Below are positions 47,363-57,462 of a stretch of 64,000 nucleotides of DNA, piece by piece. The notes beneath the pieces are model-generated. The model was not told the origin of the DNA. It did not search any database and saw only the letters and a list, made by a program, of their open reading frames with translations. Source of the stretch: an uncultured Actinomycetes bacterium. GTDB lineage: Bacteria; Actinomycetota; Thermoleophilia; Solirubrobacterales; Solirubrobacteraceae. A program made the translations under genes and the position numbers. How positions within the stretch are numbered: position 1 is the stretch's first letter; every line of letters begins with the position of its first letter. The DNA lies in NCBI GenBank assembly GCA_963830405.1, contig CAWHMB010000004.1, forward strand, positions 317,940-381,939, written 5' to 3'.

Positions 47363-49717
47363 ATGAGCAAGCCGTTCGAGGGCATCACCAACGTCGACAT
47401 TCGCGACTCGGTCCCCGACTGGGGGCCGTTTGAGCCTCCGAAGGCGCCAGAGGGCGCGCCCAGCGTGCTGTATATCGTGCTCGACGACGTCGGCTTCTCG
47501 GCGATCGGCTGCTATGGCGGCCCCGTCGAGACGCCGAACATGGACCGGATCGCTGCCAGCGGCGTCCGCTATACGCAATGGCACACCACGGCGCTGTGCT
47601 CGCCGACGCGGTCGTGCCTGCTTACGGGTCGCAACCATACGCGCAACAGCATGGCGTGCATCACCGAGGCCGCGATCGGGTTCCCGAACGCGAGCGGAAC
47701 GGTTCCGCCGGAGAACGGCATGCTGCCGGAGATCCTCGGCGAGCTCGGCTGGAATACGTACATGACGGGCAAATGGCACCTGTGCCCGACCGATGAGATG
47801 CACCTCGCTTCGACGCGACGCAACTGGCCGACGGGCCGCGGGTTTGAGCGCTTCTACGGCTTCCTCGGCGCCGAGACCAACCAGTGGCATCCCGACCTGG
47901 TCTACGACAACCATCCCGTCGAGCAGCCCTCGCAGCCGGAGGACGGCTATCACCTGACGGTGGACCTGACCGACAAGGCGCTCGAGTTCATCCAGGACGC
48001 CAAGGCGGTCGCCCCGGACAAGCCGTTCTGCCTCTACTACGCGCCGGGGGCTTGCCACGCCCCGCATCATGTGCCAATCGAGTGGATCGAGAAGTACGAG
48101 GGCCACTTCGACATGGGCTATGAGGCGATGCGCGAGCAGACTCTCGCGCGCCAGAAGCAGCTCGGCATCGTGCCCGAGGACACGGAGCTCCCACCGGTCA
48201 ACCCGATCGGGACCCCGCAGGACCGCAAGGGCCCTGAAGGGTTGCCGTTCCCAGCGGTCGACTTCACGCGCCCGTGGGCTTCGCTGTCGGATGACGAGCG
48301 CAAGCTGTTCTGCCGGATGGCCGAGGTGTATGCGGGATTCCTCGCCCACGCCGACGATCAGATCGGTCGGCTGCTCGCGTACCTGGAGGAGACCGAACAG
48401 CTCGAGAACACGATGATCGTGTTGGTCTCGGACAACGGCGCCAGCGGCGAGGGCGGACCGAATGGCTCCGTCAACGAGAACAAGCTGTTCAACGGAGTGC
48501 CAGACGATGTCGAGGCGAACCTCGCGATGCTCGACGAGCTCGGCGGTCCGAACACATACAACCACTACCCCAACGGCTGGGCGATGGCTTTCAACACGCC
48601 GTTCAAGATGTGGAAGCGCTACGAGTTCGAAGGCGGGGTCTCTGATCCGTGCGTCATCTCCTGGCCCAAGGGACTACAGGCCAAAAATGAAATTCGCCAC
48701 CAGTACCACCACGCGATCGACATCGTTCCGACGATTCTCGACTGCCTTGGAGTCGAGCCTCCCGAGACGATCAAGGGGCACGTCCAGAGCAGCTTCGACG
48801 GAATCAGCATGCGTTACAGCTTCGATCAGGCAACAATCCCGACGGCGCGATCGACGCAGTTCTACTCGATGCTCGGCTCTCGGGCGATCTGGCACGATGG
48901 CTGGAAAGCCGTCACCCCGCACCCCACGATCGCCGGCTGGAGCCATTTCAACGACGACACGTGGGAGCTGTACAACGTCGAGGCCGACCGAGCAGAGCTC
49001 CACGACCTCGCGGACGAGCACCCGGACAAGCTGCGAGAATTGATCAACCTGTGGTTTTCCGAAGCGGGTGCCAACGGAGCGTTCCCGCTCGATGACCGCT
49101 CGCCGGTCGAGATCCTGAACACGCCGCGGCCGCAGCTAACCAGCCCGCGCAACCGCTACCGCTACTTCCCTGACGTGGCCGGCGTCCCGGAAGCGCAGGC
49201 GGTAAACATCCGCAACCGCGACTACATCGTCGCTGCGGTCCTCGACATCCCTGCGCCCGGCGCGAGTGGGGTGCTGTTCGCACAGGGCTCGCACTTCGGC
49301 GGTCATTCTCTATACGTCAAGGACAACCGGCTGCACTACGTCTACAACTTCGTCGGCGTCGCCGAGGAGAATATTGTCGCGACCGAGGACCTGCCCGTCG
49401 GTGAGAACCTGATCGTGTCGGCGTCGTTCGTCAAGGATGGTGAGGACCCACCGGGAGTCTCCACAGGGATCGTGTCGCTGTATCACGGCGACGAAAAGGT
49501 CGGCGAGGGCCGAATCAAGACCCAGCCGTCGCAGTTCGGCATCTCCGGCACCGACCTGACCGTCGGGCGCAGCAGGTCTCGCGTCACCGACAGCTACCCC
49601 GGCGAGCGGCCCTGGGTTTTCACGGGCGGGACGATCAAGACCGTCGCTGTCGACGTCAGCGGCGAGCCGTACGTCGACCTCGAGCGCGAGGCCGCCGCGA
49701 TGATGGCGCGGGAGTAG
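47363..49717 (+). CDS. arylsulfatase (Cys-type, formylglycine-dependent)
   Basis: VLDDVGF, LCSPTRSCLLTGR (CxPxR), GKWHL, SDNGAS; no obvious signal peptide. Confidence 0.9.
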   Translation: MSKPFEGITNVDIRDSVPDWGPFEPPKAPEGAPSVLYIVLDDVGFSAIGCYGGPVETPNMDRIAASGVRYTQWHTTALCSPTRSCLLTGRNHTRNSMACITEAAIGFPNASGTVPPENGMLPEILGELGWNTYMTGKWHLCPTDEMHLASTRRNWPTGRGFERFYGFLGAETNQWHPDLVYDNHPVEQPSQPEDGYHLTVDLTDKALEFIQDAKAVAPDKPFCLYYAPGACHAPHHVPIEWIEKYEGHFDMGYEAMREQTLARQKQLGIVPEDTELPPVNPIGTPQDRKGPEGLPFPAVDFTRPWASLSDDERKLFCRMAEVYAGFLAHADDQIGRLLAYLEETEQLENTMIVLVSDNGASGEGGPNGSVNENKLFNGVPDDVEANLAMLDELGGPNTYNHYPNGWAMAFNTPFKMWKRYEFEGGVSDPCVISWPKGLQAKNEIRHQYHHAIDIVPTILDCLGVEPPETIKGHVQSSFDGISMRYSFDQATIPTARSTQFYSMLGSRAIWHDGWKAVTPHPTIAGWSHFNDDTWELYNVEADRAELHDLADEHPDKLRELINLWFSEAGANGAFPLDDRSPVEILNTPRPQLTSPRNRYRYFPDVAGVPEAQAVNIRNRDYIVAAVLDIPAPGASGVLFAQGSHFGGHSLYVKDNRLHYVYNFVGVAEENIVATEDLPVGENLIVSASFVKDGEDPPGVSTGIVSLYHGDEKVGEGRIKTQPSQFGISGTDLTVGRSRSRVTDSYPGERPWVFTGGTIKTVAVDVSGEPYVDLEREAAAMMARE

Positions 49718-49785
49718 GGCCCGGGGGAACCTAGGCCGGCATCGCAATAACAGGCATGCACTCGGCGGACCAGGTCATCGTCGCG

Positions 49786-51271
49786 TCATAGTCCTTCTTG
49801 GGCCACGATCCGGCCGGACTTGACGGCCGCGATCAGCGCCTGGTAGTCGCGCTCGTTCTGCTCGGCGTAGGCCTTGCAGAACTCGAGGATCGCGCGGTCG
49901 AAGCGCGCGCCCTTGCCGAGGTAGGCGGCGATCGCTATCCGGTCACCGCTGCGGGCATGGGCTCGTGCGAGCGTGCAGCCACACAGTGCGCCGTACAAGG
50001 CCACGCCCTTGGGGACCATCTGCTCGATTTCTGCGGATCCCTTCCAGTCCTTGAGCTGGCGGCCGTAGAAGTCGCGCTCCCTGCCGTCGAGCCCGCTCTC
50101 GACATGCAACCAGCCGAGGAAAATGTCGCTGGCGGCCTGCATCAACCGTTGCCCGACGACGACTCGCTCGCCATGGTTTGAGAACTCGCTCGGGCCGAGA
50201 AACTCCTCGAACACCGAGGCCTCCGCCTCCTTCATCTGCAGGAACAGGGGGTCCTCTCCATCGCGACCGACCATCAGCGCGATCCAGGCGCGGGTGCCGA
50301 CACTGCCAACGCCCACAACCTTGCGGGCGAAGTCGGCGAGATGGAACTTCTCGAGCAACACGCGGCGGTCGAACTCGAGCGAGTCGCGGTAGCCGCCCAG
50401 CAGCCCACGCAGATTGTCGAACAGGCCCGGCTCGCCCTCAGCGAGCAGCTTCTCGATGGGCACGATCAGCGGCGCCTGGTCCACGATTCGAATTTGGCCG
50501 TCCTCCACCTGGGTCAGCTTGTTGAATGCGGACATGCTGTCGCGAGTCCGGGCCTTGGCAAGCGCCTTCTTGGTTCGCTTGGCCATCTTCGGCTTGAGCT
50601 GCGCTCCGAGCTCTTGGACCGCGTTCTCGACATCCATGCGTGCGTACCAAACGTCGAGGTTCTTCATTCCCGCGAATCCTTCCATTGCGGTGCGGTAGGC
50701 CTCAACTGGTGGCTAAAACGATCCGCTCCTGTTTCTTGACCGAGAAGCCGTTGTTGATCGCGGCGATGAGCATGCTCACGGCCAGACGCTTGACATCCCA
50801 CTCCCACGGTCCTGGAAGCGTCTCGTCAAAGTCGTTCAGGTCGAACACAAGGCGGCGCTCGGGAGAGGCGAACACGCCGAAGTTCGAAAGGTGCGCGTCG
50901 CCGCAGCACTGAACCTGCAACCCGGAGCGCGGCGTTCCCGCCAAGTCGCTGGCCATAATCAGCGCCGCGCCTCGGTAGAAGGTAAACGGGGAGACAAGCA
51001 TCCGGCCGTAGCGGATCGGGACCAGCTCGGGCACACGCGTCCTGGCTTGACGTTCGAGCAGCTCGATCGGATCGGGACGCTGGGGCGCGGGCTCGTAGAG
51101 CGCGTGGCTCGAGTGGGGCACTTCGGCTCTGGCTGCCTTGCCACGCGCCGCACGCTCTGAAACCGACGCGTGCGGTACCGCTTGACTGAGCAGCCGTTCC
51201 CGCGCAGCCGCCTCCTTCTTGCGCGCCGCTTCGGTCCCATTCTTCCGTGAGCCACTCGTCGTGATCGCCAT
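49786..51271 (-). pseudogene. DUF2252 family protein (copy 2) with a 1-bp frameshift at about 50707
   Basis: ORFs 50702..51271 and 49786..50685 join as IVLATVEAYRTAM if one base at 50707 is removed. Confidence 0.85.
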
Positions 51272-51381
51272 CGCAATCGCTCTCTCTCTCGCTCGTTAGG
51301 GGGACACCCCACGATGCTCCCCACACGGGCCTGGAGCCAGCCAGGGTGCGAGCACCACGCTCGAGTGGGGGAGACGCATTC

Positions 51382-51398
51382 TCATCCTGATCGGATGA
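51382..51398. promoter_or_regulatory. palindromic operator-like motif (exact)
   Basis: TCATCC-TGATC-GGATGA in divergent gap. Confidence 0.75.
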
Positions 51399-51443
51399 CG
51401 TACCTCGCCCCACCCCTGGGACAATCGGCCTAGCTCATTTGCG

Positions 51444-52091
51444 ATGCGATTCGACCTTGATAGCCGCGTAGTCTGCGCAGATGGCGAGTTCGGGGAACTC
51501 GCGGATGTGATCATCGACCCGGGTACGCGGCGCGTGACGCATCTCGTAGTTCAGCACTACGGTAGGCACGACTCTGCCCGGTTGGTGCCGATCGATCGAG
51601 TTCAAGCTCGGCCGGCGGAGGAGGACCCGACGATCCTGCTGGACTGCTCGATCGCTGAGGTCAGCGCCCAAAGGACGCTCGAGACGTCGGCATACCTGCC
51701 GCTTGGTCAGCGTCCGGTCGAGGGCCCGGACTCGGACGTGGGCATCGAGGGGGCTTTCGAGCTGCCGCCCAACTACTCGCTCGGAGTGAATGCGCTGGAC
51801 GCCGGCATGGGACCGATGGATGTCGACCCCCACGTCACGGAGACCTACGACCGGATTCCGAAGGGCACGGTCGAGATTCGGCGCGTGAGCGAGGTGACAT
51901 CATCCGACGGCCACCACCTTGGGCATGTCGTGGGTCTCGTCGTTGATGAGCGGGGCCAGATCGCTCAGCTCTTCCTCGAGCATGGCCACCTGTGGGCCAA
52001 GCGGCAGACCTCGATCCCGATCGGGTCGATCGATCGGATCGAGTCCGACGAGGTGGTGCTCATCCTGTCCCACGATGAGGTCGTCGGCTGA
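51444..52091 (+). CDS. tandem PRC-barrel protein
   Basis: VVCADGEFGELADVIIDP..RRVTHLVV and VTSSDGHHLGHV.GLVVD. Confidence 0.75.
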   Translation: MRFDLDSRVVCADGEFGELADVIIDPGTRRVTHLVVQHYGRHDSARLVPIDRVQARPAEEDPTILLDCSIAEVSAQRTLETSAYLPLGQRPVEGPDSDVGIEGAFELPPNYSLGVNALDAGMGPMDVDPHVTETYDRIPKGTVEIRRVSEVTSSDGHHLGHVVGLVVDERGQIAQLFLEHGHLWAKRQTSIPIGSIDRIESDEVVLILSHDEVVG

Positions 52092-52116
52092 GTTCGGTTC
52101 GCACGCTGCGCCAGGG

Positions 52117-52239
52117 GTGGTTTACGTCGCCGGCCCGCTGATCGGAGCGGCGATCGCCGTCGGGTGGGCGAGGATCCTCCGAGATCGTGGCGGCGACCCG
52201 GTCTCCAGTGCACCCGGGTCCGGCGTCCTAGACCCCTGA
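52117..52239 (+). pseudogene. possible C-terminal remnant of MIP/aquaporin
   Basis: VYVAGPLIGAAIAVG resembles the last MIP helix; no NPA motifs upstream. Confidence 0.45.
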
Positions 52240-52253
52240 AATCGGATCGACCC

Positions 52254-52919
52254 GTGCTCAGCCTCGCAGTTGCTGTGGTGGCCATCGCACTACCTGACTG
52301 CATCAACCCATCTTTGATCGGCGCTGACCTGGTTCTTGCCGCGGGGCAGCGGCCTGTACGGCGGACAGTTGTATTCGCGCTCTCGGCCTGGATCGTGACG
52401 TTTCTGGTCGGCGTAGCGCTCGCCCTCGGCCTGGGCGACCTGGTCCTGTCGATCGTGCCGAAACCTGGCGCGTCGCTCAAGTACGCCCTGATTGCGGTAG
52501 CGGGGCTCGTCCTACTCGTCGGCGGCACAGTGGTTTGGATCCGTCGCAAGGCGCTGGCGAACTCTGGCCCACCGCATCACGCCGAGCCCAGGCCGCGGGG
52601 TTCGCCCGGGCTGCTTGGCGCCGGTATCGCGGGACTGGAGATGCTTACCGCGTTTCCCTATTTTGCGGCCATCGCGATGATCACTGGCTCGAGCGTCTCG
52701 AACCTCAGCAAGCTCGGGCTGCTGGTTCTCTACTGCGCGGTGTACACGCTACCCCTGATTGGCATCGCAGTCGTATGCATCGTCCTGGGCAGGCGCGCCG
52801 CGGGTGTAATCCAACCGGTGGTCGCTTGGACATTCAGCCGCTGGCCCGCGATCGTCGGACCGCTGGCGGCGATCATCGGAGTCGGTCTCACGGCGTACGG
52901 GACCGTCAAGCTCGGCTAA
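52254..52919 (+). CDS. GAP family membrane protein, copy 3
   Basis: ALPDCINPSLI, LEMLTAFPYFAAI, YTLPL; about 6 TM. Confidence 0.7.
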   Translation: MLSLAVAVVAIALPDCINPSLIGADLVLAAGQRPVRRTVVFALSAWIVTFLVGVALALGLGDLVLSIVPKPGASLKYALIAVAGLVLLVGGTVVWIRRKALANSGPPHHAEPRPRGSPGLLGAGIAGLEMLTAFPYFAAIAMITGSSVSNLSKLGLLVLYCAVYTLPLIGIAVVCIVLGRRAAGVIQPVVAWTFSRWPAIVGPLAAIIGVGLTAYGTVKLG

Positions 52920-52921
52920 AC

Positions 52922-53272
52922 CTAGGACTCAGCGGTCGACGCTCGGCCGTTCTCAAGGTCGTAGCCGATCGCCATCGCGAGTCGTGAAGCCGAGGCGACG
53001 AGGCTGGCAATCCCGATCGCCGGGCCGAGCGCGACGAGGACGCCTACGATCTCGCTCGGGGTCGCGCCGGCCGCGGCTGCCTGGTCGACGGCTTCCCGCA
53101 GCGACGGGGTGGTGGCCCCCACGGCGAGCAATCCCGCTAGCCGGACGAGGCGTTCGACCTTGGCACTCAGCTCCGCCGTGCCATCTCCGCCTAGCTGCCG
53201 CGTGAGGACCAGGCCGAGCACCCTCTCGTCGTTCAGTGCGAGGCGGCGAAGGAGTTCTTCCGATGGCTCCAC
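52922..53272 (-). CDS. CMD/AhpD-fold protein, subfamily B (divergent from MalT-like 3)
   Basis: EPSEELLRRLALNDE...LVRLAGLLAVGA...GVLVALGP...LAMAIGY. Confidence 0.7.
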   Translation of the reverse strand: MEPSEELLRRLALNDERVLGLVLTRQLGGDGTAELSAKVERLVRLAGLLAVGATTPSLREAVDQAAAAGATPSEIVGVLVALGPAIGIASLVASASRLAMAIGYDLENGRASTAES

Positions 53273-53307
53273 AGCTGTCGATGCTAGGTTCGGCGGCCGG
53301 CAGCGCA

Positions 53308-53324
53308 TCGCCTGAACCGGATGA
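53308..53324. promoter_or_regulatory. operator-like motif (2 mismatches)
   Basis: (CA)TCGCCT-GAACC-GGATGA between CMD-B and MalT-like 3. Confidence 0.6.
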
Positions 53325-53482
53325 GGTTCTGCGCCTCCCGATCGGCGAGGATCGGTGGTGGACCGTGGACAAACGCGTCACGAGCTGGCTATGCCGGCGC
53401 CCGATCACAGTGGTAGGCGCATCCCGGATTAACGCAGGCGCACCACCTTGTCGGTATGACCGTCTGCGCGGACGATTAGGCG

Positions 53483-55666
53483 GTGCCCGGTGCAACGGCT
53501 CTGGACGGCGAGCTGGTGACAGTCGAGCATGCTCGGCAGCCGTTTGCGATCGACCTACCCGATGCCAAGTTCAGAGCTCCCCGGGCGTGCGGGGCTCTCG
53601 CTCGCCGCAGCGAGCTGCTTAGGCGTCTGGAACGCGAGCGGGCGCATCCCCTTGTCCTCTTGACGGCGCCGGCGGGTTACGGCAAGACGACCCTGTTAAA
53701 GCAGTGGACCGAAGAAAGTCGGCGCCCGTTTGCGTGGGTGATGCTCGACGAAGTCGACGGTGACTCGGAGGGCATCGCCGATTCGATTGCCTACACCCTG
53801 GCTACGATCGGAATCGAGCCCAGTCTCAGACGCAGCTTCGTGCTGGTCCTGGATGACGCTCATGTCGTCCCGCCCGGAGTTTTGAAAGACGCGCTGCTCG
53901 GCGTCCTGGGTTGGCTCCCCGAGGGCTGCCAGATAGCTGTGGCTTCGAGGTGCGCACCGCCGCTGGCACTCGGCCGAATGCGGGCTCAGCAGATGCTCGT
54001 CGAGCTAGGAGCCGGGGACCTCTCGCTGTCGGCCGTCGAGGCGAGATGTGCGCTTCGGGGGAGCGCGCTCGAGCTGGACTCGAACGCCGTCCAGGCCCTC
54101 GTCACTCGGGCGGAGGGGTGGCCTGCGGCAATCGGACTGGCGGCGACCTTGTGGGCCCAGCCTGAGCAGGCGGAGAACCCATCCGAGCTGAGGGGAGACG
54201 ACCACGCGATCTCCGAATACTTCCGCACAGAGGTGCTAGCCGGGCTTTCGGCCCCGGCTACCCGCTTCTTGATGCGCAGTTCGGTGCTCGAACGCTTGTC
54301 GGGAGAGCTGTGCGACGAGGTGCTTGAACGCAAGGGGTCGGCGAGTCTGTTGGCCGAGCTGGCACGTGCGAACCTGCCGCTGCGCACGGTCGATGCCAGC
54401 CACGAGTGGTATCGCGTCCACGGCCTGCTCCGAGAGATGCTGCAGACAGAGCTTCGGCGAACCGAGCCGGAGCTTCCCGCCGTGCTGCATAGGCGGGCGA
54501 GTGACTGGTGGCGCAGAGCGGGAGACATAGACCGCGCTATTGACCACGCCCGTAAGGGAGAGAATCTCAAGCTCACCGGTGAGCTTCTGTGGGCACACCT
54601 CCCCCGGTATTTGGGCGAGGGAAACAACCACATGGTCCAGGGCTGGCTGGAAGGAGTCGCAGCCGAGCGGATCAAGGGATGTGCGCCACTTGCGCTCGTG
54701 GCGGCACACAGTCATCTGGCGTCTGGTCGCGTTGCCGTCGCGGAGCAGTGGGCTCGGTCGGCGGCTGTCAGCTTTTCTGAGGCCAACGAGGGCCCGACCA
54801 GTCCCGAGCGGGCCGGCGTGGCCATGATCGAGGCGTGGAACGCACGCCATGGAGCAGCGGTGATGGGGGACGACGCACGTCGCGCGTATGAGCTGCTGCC
54901 CGCCGACAGTGCGTGGCGAGCGAGCTGCTGCTTCCTGCGTGGCACCGCGGCGCTGCTGATTGGCGACGAGGCCGAAGCTGAGCGGCACCTCGATGAGGGA
55001 CTGGCACGCGGCACCGTGCTGGCACCGATCACCGCGTCGTTGTGTCTTGCGCAGCTGGCCATCCTCGCCTCGCAGCGACATCAGACCGACTATGCGTCAG
55101 ACCTGGCCTGGCGCTCCCATTCCGTCGCCGACGAGCGCCAGCTCGGCGACTACCCCACCTCAGCACTGGTGTTGGCCGTCTATGCCGCGGCCGCCATGCG
55201 CGAGGGCCGCGTCGATGAGGCAAAGGCGACCGTGTCTCAATGTCTGGGCCTGCTCGATCGGCTCGACGATGTCGTCTGGCTCCGCTCCGAAGTTCTAATC
55301 CTGCTTGGGCGGGTCTCGCTAGCTCTCGGCGACGTTGCGCGCGCCCGCGAGCTACTCGCGGATGCTTCGCGATACGCACGTCGAGTGCGCGGCGTGGCCG
55401 CCTTCCAGCGGTGGTTCGATGATGCCTGGAACGAGTTTGATGCACGCGCTGAGGTAGCGCTTACCGGAGTCGCCGCGCTGACGACCGCAGAGCTTCGAGT
55501 TCTCCGGTTCCTGCCGACGCACTACTCATTCCACGAGATCGCGGTACGGCTGCACGTATCGTCGAATACCGTCAAGACTCACGTCCACGCCGTGTATCGC
55601 AAGCTCGATGCGTCCTCCCGCTCACAAGCGGTCGCACGGGCGCTCGATTCCGGGCTCCTGAGCTAG
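53483..55666 (+). CDS. MalT-like STAND ATPase/LuxR-HTH regulator 3
   Basis: DAKFRAP, APAGYGKTT, VLDDAH, EGWPAAI, SSNTVKTHVHAVYRKL. Confidence 0.9.
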   Translation: MPGATALDGELVTVEHARQPFAIDLPDAKFRAPRACGALARRSELLRRLERERAHPLVLLTAPAGYGKTTLLKQWTEESRRPFAWVMLDEVDGDSEGIADSIAYTLATIGIEPSLRRSFVLVLDDAHVVPPGVLKDALLGVLGWLPEGCQIAVASRCAPPLALGRMRAQQMLVELGAGDLSLSAVEARCALRGSALELDSNAVQALVTRAEGWPAAIGLAATLWAQPEQAENPSELRGDDHAISEYFRTEVLAGLSAPATRFLMRSSVLERLSGELCDEVLERKGSASLLAELARANLPLRTVDASHEWYRVHGLLREMLQTELRRTEPELPAVLHRRASDWWRRAGDIDRAIDHARKGENLKLTGELLWAHLPRYLGEGNNHMVQGWLEGVAAERIKGCAPLALVAAHSHLASGRVAVAEQWARSAAVSFSEANEGPTSPERAGVAMIEAWNARHGAAVMGDDARRAYELLPADSAWRASCCFLRGTAALLIGDEAEAERHLDEGLARGTVLAPITASLCLAQLAILASQRHQTDYASDLAWRSHSVADERQLGDYPTSALVLAVYAAAAMREGRVDEAKATVSQCLGLLDRLDDVVWLRSEVLILLGRVSLALGDVARARELLADASRYARRVRGVAAFQRWFDDAWNEFDARAEVALTGVAALTTAELRVLRFLPTHYSFHEIAVRLHVSSNTVKTHVHAVYRKLDASSRSQAVARALDSGLLS

Positions 55667-55704
55667 GACGCTGAGAGCGCCTCACCGTCGCGCCCGCTCC
55701 GAGC

Positions 55705-56082
55705 TCAGTTTCCATCCCAGCCCTCGATCTCGATGTCGTACCCGATAGCCAGCGCCAGTCGAGGAGCGGCGGCTACGACCCTTGCCGAGCCGACGACGGA
55801 GGCCACGGTCGCGAGGACCTCGACGATCTCCTCGTCCTCTGCTCCCGCTTTGAGCGCGAGCTCGACCGCCCACCGCAGCGAGGTCGTCGAGCCACCCGCA
55901 GCCAGCAGCGCGGCCAAGTGGATGAGCGCGCCAGTCCGGGGTGACAAGGCGCGCGCAGGTGGGGACTGAGGTGACCATTTCGCGGCTGAGGGGACCGCGA
56001 GCACCGACCGCAGCAAGTTCTCATCGCTGGCGGCCAGTCCACGAAGCAGCTGCTCGGTCCCGATTGCGCGCGCGGGGCTCAC
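55705..56082 (-). CDS. CMD/AhpD-fold protein, subfamily B (convergent with MalT-like 3)
   Basis: LLRGLAASDE...SLRWAVELA...PRLALAIGYDIEIEGWDGN. Confidence 0.7.
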   Translation of the reverse strand: MSPARAIGTEQLLRGLAASDENLLRSVLAVPSAAKWSPQSPPARALSPRTGALIHLAALLAAGGSTTSLRWAVELALKAGAEDEEIVEVLATVASVVGSARVVAAAPRLALAIGYDIEIEGWDGN

Positions 56083-56120
56083 CTCAGGTTGGAGGCTCCT
56101 AGCCGGATCCCCACTTCGCC

Positions 56121-56137
56121 TCGCCCCGATCGGGTGA
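56121..56137. promoter_or_regulatory. palindromic operator-like motif (1 mismatch)
   Basis: TCGCCC-CGATC-GGGTGA(TG) in divergent gap. Confidence 0.7.
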
Positions 56138-56189
56138 TGCTGCTAGAGCCCGCTCGGGGGATGCTCACCCGTGGAAACCGATCGGGAGG

Positions 56190-56639
56190 TTGGTCGTGGA
56201 CCCCAAAATCGCGCGTAGGCTCGCTTCTCGCGGTCATCGAGGGCAGCGCACACGGTTTGGCGAGGCCGTCATCGAACACCTTCGACGAGTCGCAGCCGCG
56301 GTGCCGCCGGAAGCACAGCCCGTCGCGTGGCTACACGATCTGCTGGAAATGACCAGCATTAGCCGGTCTCGGCTGCGCGCTTCGGGCCTCACCGTCGCCG
56401 ACGAGCTGGCCTTGGACCTTCTCGCGCACCGCGCCGATGAATCCTACGACGCGTACGTCCTCAGAATCGCCGATGCAGCCGGCAGAGCCGGGTTGATCGC
56501 GCGGATGGTGAAGCTGGCCGATCTCGACGACCATCTCGCTCACAACCGGATTCCGGTCGGTGCTCCGCCGTACGCCTGGGCTCGCCGGTGCATGCTGGAG
56601 CGCCTGGACGCAGAGACTTCGACGGCAGTTGCAAGCTGA
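56190..56639 (+). CDS. small HD-domain protein (small alarmone hydrolase/Mesh1-like)
   Basis: HRGQ...IEHLRRVA...VAWLHDLLE...YDAYVLRI...VKLADLDDH. Confidence 0.65.
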   Translation: MVVDPKIARRLASRGHRGQRTRFGEAVIEHLRRVAAAVPPEAQPVAWLHDLLEMTSISRSRLRASGLTVADELALDLLAHRADESYDAYVLRIADAAGRAGLIARMVKLADLDDHLAHNRIPVGAPPYAWARRCMLERLDAETSTAVAS

Positions 56640-56641
56640 TC

Positions 56642-57340
56642 ATGACGACGACTGGCGACGCATTGCCGGCCGACGGGGGGCGCGAAAACGCTGCCCGTGG
56701 CCCCCGCTTCCGTTACTTCGTCGTGCTCGGGCTGATTTTGGGCTCCGTCGTGTTCTTGATCGGAGCACCAGCCGCTGACTGGTCGCGCGCCGTCGTCGCC
56801 GCGATCGAGGGGGCTGCCCTGGTTGTCACGATCGCAACGTCGCGCGAACGCGAGATCGTCCGCCGCCGGAGAGCGATCGCAGTCGGCCTGGCGATGACGG
56901 CGCTCGTCATGCTGATCGCGTTCGGCGAGCTTCCCCGCTCGCTCATCGCCCTGCTTGGTGTGTGCGTCACCGCGGGGATTCCGATCGCGCTCGTGCGAGG
57001 GCTGCTGCGGCTGTTTCGAAACGCAGGTGTGACGGTCCAGGCGGTGGCCGGTTCGCTCGCCATCTACCTGTCGATCGGGCTGATCTTCGCGTGGGTGATC
57101 GGCTTCGTGGCGCAGGTCGAGGACACGCCGTACTTCGCCCAGCACACCAGCGGTACGCAAGGCGACAAGGTCTACTTCAGCTTCACCGTGCTGACGACCA
57201 CGGGCTTCGGCGACTTCACTCCCGCGACGGCGGTCGGGCACGCGATCGCGGTGATCGAGATGCTCACCGGCCAGCTGTATCTGGTCACGGTCATCGGACT
57301 GGTGATCGGAAGCTTCACGGCACGTCGCCGCTTGCCGTGA
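56642..57340 (+). CDS. K+ channel pore-domain membrane protein
   Basis: YFSFTVLTTTGFGDFTP, IEMLTGQLYLV; paralogue of 1..447. Confidence 0.85.
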   Translation: MTTTGDALPADGGRENAARGPRFRYFVVLGLILGSVVFLIGAPAADWSRAVVAAIEGAALVVTIATSREREIVRRRRAIAVGLAMTALVMLIAFGELPRSLIALLGVCVTAGIPIALVRGLLRLFRNAGVTVQAVAGSLAIYLSIGLIFAWVIGFVAQVEDTPYFAQHTSGTQGDKVYFSFTVLTTTGFGDFTPATAVGHAIAVIEMLTGQLYLVTVIGLVIGSFTARRRLP

Positions 57341-57462
57341 ACGGGGGCTCCTCGCTCGCGGCCGTGGCCCGGGGGGCCGGCACCCCAAGGTTCGTGGTGC
57401 GCACCTCGATTGAGGGACGGGCAGGCTGGCTTGCCAGGACGCCGCTGCGGACGGATGCTCGC

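Noticed and set aside
54569-54586. Perfect 18-bp palindrome AAGCTCACCGGTGAGCTT inside MalT-like 3
   Set aside because: Single, coding and with zero spacer; roughly one such palindrome is expected by chance in 64 kb of high-GC DNA
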